Below are positions 28,155 to 33,954 of a stretch of 33,954 nt of DNA, piece by piece. A program made the translations under genes and the position numbers. Positions within the stretch are counted from its first letter, which is position 1. Each line of letters opens with the position of its first letter. The notes beneath the pieces are model-generated. The model saw nothing but the letters and a program-made list of their open reading frames with translations, had not been told where the DNA came from and ran no database searches. Where the stretch lies: positions 1-33,954 of the forward strand of contig JAPNQO010000082.1 of the NCBI GenBank assembly GCA_027251445.1. Direction: 5' to 3'. This DNA comes from Fidelibacterota bacterium. Its GTDB lineage: Bacteria; Fidelibacterota; Marinisomatia; Marinisomatales; TCS55.

Positions 28155-28605
28155 TCTTTGTGCCGAAAACCTTAAGTGACTTAAGACTTACGAACAACAT
28201 TCCAAAAAACTCACCATCTTCTTTATTTTCATTCGCGTGATGTTTTCTATGTTGAAACAATACAGCTTTCAAATAGGTATTATTTGGTTTTGCGAAGACT
28301 TTGATTCTTCTATGAATAAATATATCATGAACAAATAGATATGCAATTCCATAAAAGAGAATGCCAAGTCCAGTATAAAAAAGAATATTATTATTGTATA
28401 GACTTCCTAAGATAAACCCTAAAGCGCTAGGTATCGCAAATATTAAAGCAAAGGAATCGTTCTTTTGTAAAGGCTTTCCGGTTAATACATGATGATCTTC
28501 ATGAAGAAACCAAAGGAAACCATGCATTACATATTTATGCGCTGCCCATGCAATGAACTCCATACCTACAAATGCTGAAATAGTTATAAATATATTTTGT
28601 ATCAT
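28147..28605 (-). CDS. crtZ: beta-carotene 3-hydroxylase
   Basis: ME..AW..HKYVMHG.LW.LHEDHH, YLFVHD..IH.R, HRKHH, FG.L. Confidence 0.93.
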   Translation of the reverse strand: MIQNIFITISAFVGMEFIAWAAHKYVMHGFLWFLHEDHHVLTGKPLQKNDSFALIFAIPSALGFILGSLYNNNILFYTGLGILFYGIAYLFVHDIFIHRRIKVFAKPNNTYLKAVLFQHRKHHANENKEDGEFFGMLFVSLKSLKVFGTKNG

Positions 28606-28609
28606 ATTG

Positions 28610-29458
28610 CTATATAAATTGTCCGGTTTTTTCTCTTAAATATGCTGATGGAATCAATAGAATCTTTCTAAAGTTATTTATCCTTAAACGATTTTCCATT
28701 ATTTTATCTGCATCAGTGTTTTTTAATTTATTAAATAAAACACGAAAGTAACGATAAGCTAGATAAACACCCAAACGAGAATTATTTGGTAATTTTTTTA
28801 TACCCATTATTCCATCATCAAAATCATTTTCAATTTGTTCTTCAATCATGAGTTTAGAATCGTTATCTAGAACATTATTTTTATTCAATTCAGGGAAATA
28901 TAATCTTCCCTTACCATGGTAATCATCTTTTAGGTCACGTAGAAAGTTTACTTTTTGAAATGCCGCCCCTAATTTTTGCGCAGCATCTGTTAACTCTTCA
29001 ATCTTTTTATCATTTCCTTTGCAAAAGACATGAATACACATTAATCCAATTACTTCAGCTGATCCATAAATATAACTTTTGTAAGAATCTTCTGAATGTG
29101 TTTCTTGGTAAATATCCATTTTCATACTATTTAAAAATGACTTGATCAAATCTATGGGAATATTATAGTCATTTACTACCATTTGAAATGAATGGAGAAT
29201 AGGATTCGAACTAAACTTTCTTTTTATTGATAAAAGCGTTTCTTTTTCAAAATCAATAATTAACTTTTCTTGATCCTGGTCAAAAAATGTATCAACTATT
29301 TCATCTGCAAATCGCACAAAACCATAGATACCATATATACTTGGCCGTATATCATAACTAAAAAAATTAATTCCTAAAGAAAAAGAAGTACTGTATTTCC
29401 TCGTAGTTACTTCACTAATCTTTTTAGCAATATCATTATATATTTCGCGGTTAGTCAT
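28610..29458 (-). CDS. crtB: phytoene synthase
   Basis: YSTSFSLG, YGFVRFADEIVD, YIYGSAEVIGLMC, FQKVNFLRD; ATG 29458 overlaps the crtI end. Confidence 0.95.
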   Translation of the reverse strand: MTNREIYNDIAKKISEVTTRKYSTSFSLGINFFSYDIRPSIYGIYGFVRFADEIVDTFFDQDQEKLIIDFEKETLLSIKRKFSSNPILHSFQMVVNDYNIPIDLIKSFLNSMKMDIYQETHSEDSYKSYIYGSAEVIGLMCIHVFCKGNDKKIEELTDAAQKLGAAFQKVNFLRDLKDDYHGKGRLYFPELNKNNVLDNDSKLMIEEQIENDFDDGIMGIKKLPNNSRLGVYLAYRYFRVLFNKLKNTDADKIMENRLRINNFRKILLIPSAYLREKTGQFI

Positions 29459-30935
29459 GTTCTTTTCCAATAAGTTCAGCTGCAATCTTTCCTGAAATTA
29501 TAGATGGAGGCATACCTGGACCTGGAACAGTAAGTTGCCCAGTATAATACATATTACCAATCTTTTTATTTTTCATTTTCGGTTTCAAAAATGCACTTTG
29601 AAATAATGTATTTGCTAATCCATATGCATTTCCATTCATAGTATTAAAGTCTTTTGTAAAGTCACGATGAGCATATGATCTTTGAAAAACAATATTCTTT
29701 CTTATAGAATCACCAATGTTATCTTCAATTCTCGAAATAATCATATTAAAAAATTTCTTTCTTATTTCATCAGTATCATTTAAACCATTTGCTGTTGGTA
29801 TCAAAACAAATAAAGACTCACCATTTTCAGGAGCAGTACTTATATCTGTTTTTGAAGTACAAGAAACATAAAATAATGGATCCGTGGGCCAAGATGGTTT
29901 ATCATAGATTTCTTGAGCATGCGAATTAAATGATGTGTCAAAAAAAAGTGCATGGTGTGGAAAATTCTTTATTTTTTTATTTAACCCAATATAAAATATT
30001 AGACTGCTAGGTGAAAAGACACGATTATCCCAATATTTTTTCGAATAATTTCTCGCACCATTAGGCAATAAATTTTGTTCAATATATTGATAATCACCAT
30101 TTACAAGCAATATGTCGGTTTCAATGACTTCGCCATTACACTGAATCCCTTTGACGCTTTTTTCACTATTTGTTAAAACTATTTTATCAACAGGACATGA
30201 AAATTCATATTTAACACCTAAGTCTAAAGAATTATTATACATTGCAGTTGCAATACTTCTAATACCACCTTTTGGATACCATGTTCCTAAACAAATATCA
30301 GCATAGTTCATTAAACTATACATTGAGGGTGTTTTTTCTGGTTTTGCGCCTAATAATAGACTTGGAAACTCTAGTATTTGAATAAGCTTAGGATGTGAAA
30401 AATACTGACGTATATGCTTACTCATTGATTTAAAAATATTCAATTTACCTAGTTGTGAAATTAAAATTGGATCAATGTATTCTGTAAATGATAGAGAAGG
30501 TCTATAGATAAAATGTTTCATTGCTACATCGTATTTGATTTTAGCGTCATCAAGGAAGTTCTGTAAAGATTCTCCGCTGTTTGGCTCTACAGAATCAAAC
30601 AATGATTTTAATTCATCAATATTCTCAACAATGTCTAAATAATCATTATTCCCATAGTATATGCGATATCCAGGATTAAGTCGTTTTAATTCATAATAAT
30701 CAGATGTAGTATGACCAAAATCATTAAAGTAAGATTCAAATATATCCGGCATCCAATACCAGCTTGGCCCCATATCAAATGTAAACCCATCAGAAGCAAA
30801 TTGTTGTAATCTACCTCCATAGGTTTCATTTTTTTCATAAACTGTTACTTTGTATCCAATCTTAGCAAGATAACTAGCAGCAGAAATCCCAGCTAACCCT
30901 GATCCAATCACAGCAATATTTTTAGTTTTTTTCAT
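29451..30935 (-). CDS. crtI: phytoene desaturase
   Basis: GSGLAG, FDMGPSWYWMPD, LMNYAD..GTWYP.GG, GNAYGLANTL.Q, TGQLTVPGPG.PP. Confidence 0.95.
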   Translation of the reverse strand: MKKTKNIAVIGSGLAGISAASYLAKIGYKVTVYEKNETYGGRLQQFASDGFTFDMGPSWYWMPDIFESYFNDFGHTTSDYYELKRLNPGYRIYYGNNDYLDIVENIDELKSLFDSVEPNSGESLQNFLDDAKIKYDVAMKHFIYRPSLSFTEYIDPILISQLGKLNIFKSMSKHIRQYFSHPKLIQILEFPSLLLGAKPEKTPSMYSLMNYADICLGTWYPKGGIRSIATAMYNNSLDLGVKYEFSCPVDKIVLTNSEKSVKGIQCNGEVIETDILLVNGDYQYIEQNLLPNGARNYSKKYWDNRVFSPSSLIFYIGLNKKIKNFPHHALFFDTSFNSHAQEIYDKPSWPTDPLFYVSCTSKTDISTAPENGESLFVLIPTANGLNDTDEIRKKFFNMIISRIEDNIGDSIRKNIVFQRSYAHRDFTKDFNTMNGNAYGLANTLFQSAFLKPKMKNKKIGNMYYTGQLTVPGPGMPPSIISGKIAAELIGKEHD

Positions 30936-30974
30936 TATTAATTATGTAATAATTGGTATGAAATATATTAATCA

Positions 30975-30993
30975 AATGATGATAATCATTAAC
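30975..30993. promoter_or_regulatory. Fur-box-like site upstream of crtI
   Basis: AATGATGATAATCATTAAC matches GATAATGATAATCATTATC at 16/19 positions. Confidence 0.4.
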
Positions 30994-31026
30994 ACTAAAT
31001 CCTAATGTAATACCTATATAATTGCA

Positions 31027-32973
31027 CTATTGTTGAAGCTCCTTGATATTGCTATATAGTTTAAGAGATTGAGGATTGGCAAGCGCATCTTTATTTTTTA
31101 CTTTTTCACCATTAATAATTTTCTTTACAGCTATTTCTACTTTTTTACCACTAATAGTATATGGGATGTCATCAATTGCTATAATTTTTGCAGGTACATG
31201 TCTTGGAGAGCAAGATTTTTTAATTGTCAGTCTAATTTTGTTAATTAATTCATTAGTTAGCTTTTTATTTGCAGATAGGATAATAAATAATATAATTCGT
31301 TCATCTTCATCCCATTCTTGACCAACTACCAAGCTATCAGATACTTCACTAAATTTGTCAACTACACGATAAATTTCTGCAGTTCCTATACGTATACCAC
31401 CAGGATTCAGTGTTGCATCACTTCGTCCATAAATAATAATTCCACCATGATCATTGATTAAAATATAATCACCATGATGCCAAATATTAGGGTAAGTGGA
31501 AAAATATGCTTGGTAATATTTTTCACCTTTTTCATCATTCCAAAAGTAAATAGGCATTGATGGGAACGCAATTTTGCAAACTAACTCTCCTTTTTGATTT
31601 AGATGATATTTTCCATTTAAGTTAAACGATTCTACTGCCATGCCAAGCCCTCTGCATTGAATCTCTCCACGGTACACAGGAAGCATAGGATTCCCTAGAG
31701 CAAAGCAAGATATCAAATCTGTTCCTCCTGAAATAGAGGATAGCATCACATCATTTTTAACATCATTATATATATAATCAAAGTTTTCCTCTACCAAAGG
31801 GGAACCTGTAGACAGTATAGAATTCATTTTGTTTAAATCTTGATTTTCTATAGGTCTAATACCTGCTTCTTGACATGCAGCAATAAACTTTGCACTAGTC
31901 CCGAAAATAGTAATATTTAGGTCTTCAGCAAGTTCCCATAGGCTACTGGGGTTCGGATAAAATGGAGATCCATCATACAGCACAATTGTTGAACCTACAG
32001 CCAGTGATGATACAAGCCAATTCCACATCATCCATCCACAAGTAGTAAAATAAAATATTGAATCTTTTCTATCTAAATTGACGTGGAGTATAAGCTCTTT
32101 CAGATGTTGAATTAATGTACCTCCAGCGCTATGAACAATAGATTTTGGTAAACCAGTGGTGCCTGATGAGTACATAATATATAGCGGATGGTCAAATGGC
32201 AACTGTTCAAAGACTAGGGAATCAAAATTATTTCGATCAATAAAATCTTCATAGTAGTAAGTTTCTTTTTTAATTGAAGTATTTGATACATCATTTACAA
32301 ATGGTACTATAATCACCTTTTTAACACTTGGAAGATCATCCAAGATACCATTTAATTTATTAGTCAAATCAAAAACTTTTCCATTATAGTGATATCCATT
32401 TGTGCTAATTAAAAATGTAGGTTCTATTTGTTTAAATCGGTCTAATACACCTTTAATTCCAAAATCTGGCGAGCAAGAGCTCCAAATTGCACCTATAGAA
32501 ACCGTTGCAAGCATAGCAATGATTGTTTCAGGAATATTTGGAAGGAAACCAACTACACGATCTCCTTTTTCTAAACCATTTTTTCTAAAAGCACTAGCTA
32601 ATATTTCAACTTCGAGATATAATTGTTTATATGTGTATGATTGTAATGGCGAATGTTCTCCTTTAAACTGAATAGCAACTCTATCATCTCTATAACGTAA
32701 CAAATTTTCAGAAAAATTTAATCTTGAACCTGAAAACCATTTTGCACCAGGCATTTTATTAATATTATCAACTACATCAACATGTCTTTCAGAATATATT
32801 ATTTCTGTAAAATTCCATACAGAATCCCAAAAGTTTGCAGTGTCATTTATAGACCATTTATATAATTCATCGTAAGAAACAATATTTCCCCCATATGCTT
32901 TATTAACATAATTAATAAATTTTTGCATATTTGTTGATCCGATCGATTGAGGTTTCCAGAGTATTTTTGACAT
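31027..32973 (-). CDS. acetoacetate--CoA ligase (acetoacetyl-CoA synthetase)
   Basis: LW.P, WF.G.RLNF.ENLL, YSSGTTGLPKSIVH, FTTCGWMMWNWL, SISGGTD, GRSDATLNPGGIRIGT, SGKKVE. Confidence 0.95.
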   Translation of the reverse strand: MSKILWKPQSIGSTNMQKFINYVNKAYGGNIVSYDELYKWSINDTANFWDSVWNFTEIIYSERHVDVVDNINKMPGAKWFSGSRLNFSENLLRYRDDRVAIQFKGEHSPLQSYTYKQLYLEVEILASAFRKNGLEKGDRVVGFLPNIPETIIAMLATVSIGAIWSSCSPDFGIKGVLDRFKQIEPTFLISTNGYHYNGKVFDLTNKLNGILDDLPSVKKVIIVPFVNDVSNTSIKKETYYYEDFIDRNNFDSLVFEQLPFDHPLYIMYSSGTTGLPKSIVHSAGGTLIQHLKELILHVNLDRKDSIFYFTTCGWMMWNWLVSSLAVGSTIVLYDGSPFYPNPSSLWELAEDLNITIFGTSAKFIAACQEAGIRPIENQDLNKMNSILSTGSPLVEENFDYIYNDVKNDVMLSSISGGTDLISCFALGNPMLPVYRGEIQCRGLGMAVESFNLNGKYHLNQKGELVCKIAFPSMPIYFWNDEKGEKYYQAYFSTYPNIWHHGDYILINDHGGIIIYGRSDATLNPGGIRIGTAEIYRVVDKFSEVSDSLVVGQEWDEDERIILFIILSANKKLTNELINKIRLTIKKSCSPRHVPAKIIAIDDIPYTISGKKVEIAVKKIINGEKVKNKDALANPQSLKLYSNIKELQQ

Positions 32974-33112
32974 ATTCAGCAATAAATATTTACTAATAAA
33001 TTATCGAAAACACTTGGTAAGCAAAAAAGAATAATAAATAAAGTAATATGCAATAATATTTCTCTTATTTTTTGATAACTTTCAGGTGTTCATTAAACTT
33101 GGAAAATAATTT

Positions 33113-33954
33113 TTGAAAGTAGCAATTCTAACCGCTGGTGGCTTAGCGCCTTGTTTATCTGCATCTATTGGTGCATTACTAGATAACTATACAAAAGAAA
33201 TGCCAGAAGCAGAATTGTTTGGTTATTTATACGGATATCAAGGCCTTTTAAAAGGTGATTTGTTCCAATTTTCAACCGTTGATATTGATGTAAGTCAGTT
33301 ATTTGAATTTGGTGGTAGTTTATTAGGTAACAGTAGAGTCAAGCTTACAAATACTGAGGATTGTATTCGAAGGGGATTAGTGGCTGATGGAGAATCCCCA
33401 TTAGAAGTAGCTGCACAACAACTGCAGAAAGATGAAATTAATATTTTACATACAGTGGGTGGAGATGATACAAATACAATGGCAGCGGCATTATCTAATT
33501 ATCTTTCAGATAACAACTATAACCTTACCGTTATAGGATTGCCAAAGACTGTTGATAATGACATCATTCCAATAAAACAATCATTAGGTGCTGATACAGC
33601 TGCTCAACAAGGATCTATATTTTTTAAAAACATTGTAAATGAAAACACTTCGAACCCAAATACTTTTATTATTCATGAAGTGATGGGTCGCCATTGCGGA
33701 TGGCTTACTGCAGCAACCGCAAGAAAGTATCGTTCATATTTATTAGAAAAAGAATTTAACCGTAAGGTCTTATTGGATAGAAAAAAATGGGATATTGATG
33801 CTATTTACATTCCTGAGATCAAAATTGACTTGAAAAAAGAAGCATCAAGATTAAAGCAGGCCATGCAAGATAAAGGTAATGTAAACATTTTTCTTAGTGA
33901 AGGATCATGTCAAGAAGAAATATTAAGCGATATGAAGAGAAATAATCAACAAAT
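33113..33954 (+). CDS. pfp: PPi-dependent phosphofructokinase, 3'-truncated (not in the ORF track)
   Basis: TTG start; KVAILTAGGLAPCLS, GNSRVKLTN, HTVGGDDTNT, GLPKTVDND, HEVMGRHCGWLTA; runs off the window edge. Confidence 0.92.
   Translation, partial: MKVAILTAGGLAPCLSASIGALLDNYTKEMPEAELFGYLYGYQGLLKGDLFQFSTVDIDVSQLFEFGGSLLGNSRVKLTNTEDCIRRGLVADGESPLEVAAQQLQKDEINILHTVGGDDTNTMAAALSNYLSDNNYNLTVIGLPKTVDNDIIPIKQSLGADTAAQQGSIFFKNIVNENTSNPNTFIIHEVMGRHCGWLTAATARKYRSYLLEKEFNRKVLLDRKKWDIDAIYIPEIKIDLKKEASRLKQAMQDKGNVNIFLSEGSCQEEILSDMKRNNQQ

Noticed and set aside
26804..29485. ORF-track starts 26804 (cruF) and 29485 (crtB)
   Set aside because: They give long overlaps; ATGs at 26834 and 29458 give typical 8-nt coupling with the upstream genes.
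8780..32671. Short ORFs 8780, 15612, 18704, 20708, 23767, 24046, 25144, 28960, 31076, 32402
   Set aside because: All lie antisense to conserved genes; shadow ORFs.

Overview
AT-rich bacterial window. YPNPFNP/FlgD-type C-terminal domains, D/N-rich Ca-type repeats and the use of Shine-Dalgarno sites suggest an FCB-group marine bacterium such as Marinisomatota/SAR406 (inference). The left ~13 kb is mixed housekeeping and secreted-protein genes: CotH-like protein, YaaA, rhodanese, hydrolase, O-methyltransferase, penicillin-acylase-like protein and a TonB receptor with its lipoprotein. About 13.3-31 kb is a compact light-response island. It holds two photolyases, a CarH/LitR-like regulator that has lost both cobalamin-ligating histidines and gained a CxxxCC motif, and a direct-repeat operator candidate (TGAGCGWTATGAGC) present three times. 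It also holds a DTE proteorhodopsin with the Gly 'fenestration' residue, preceded by four tiny membrane proteins (two missing from the supplied ORF track), antioxidant genes, a tocopherol-cyclase/SOUL/pirin operon and a myxol-type carotenoid gene set (crtI, crtB, crtZ, crtY, crtA, crtD, cruF). No blh or crtE is present in the window. The window ends with acetoacetyl-CoA synthetase and a partial PPi-dependent phosphofructokinase. All family calls come from motif recognition, not database searches.
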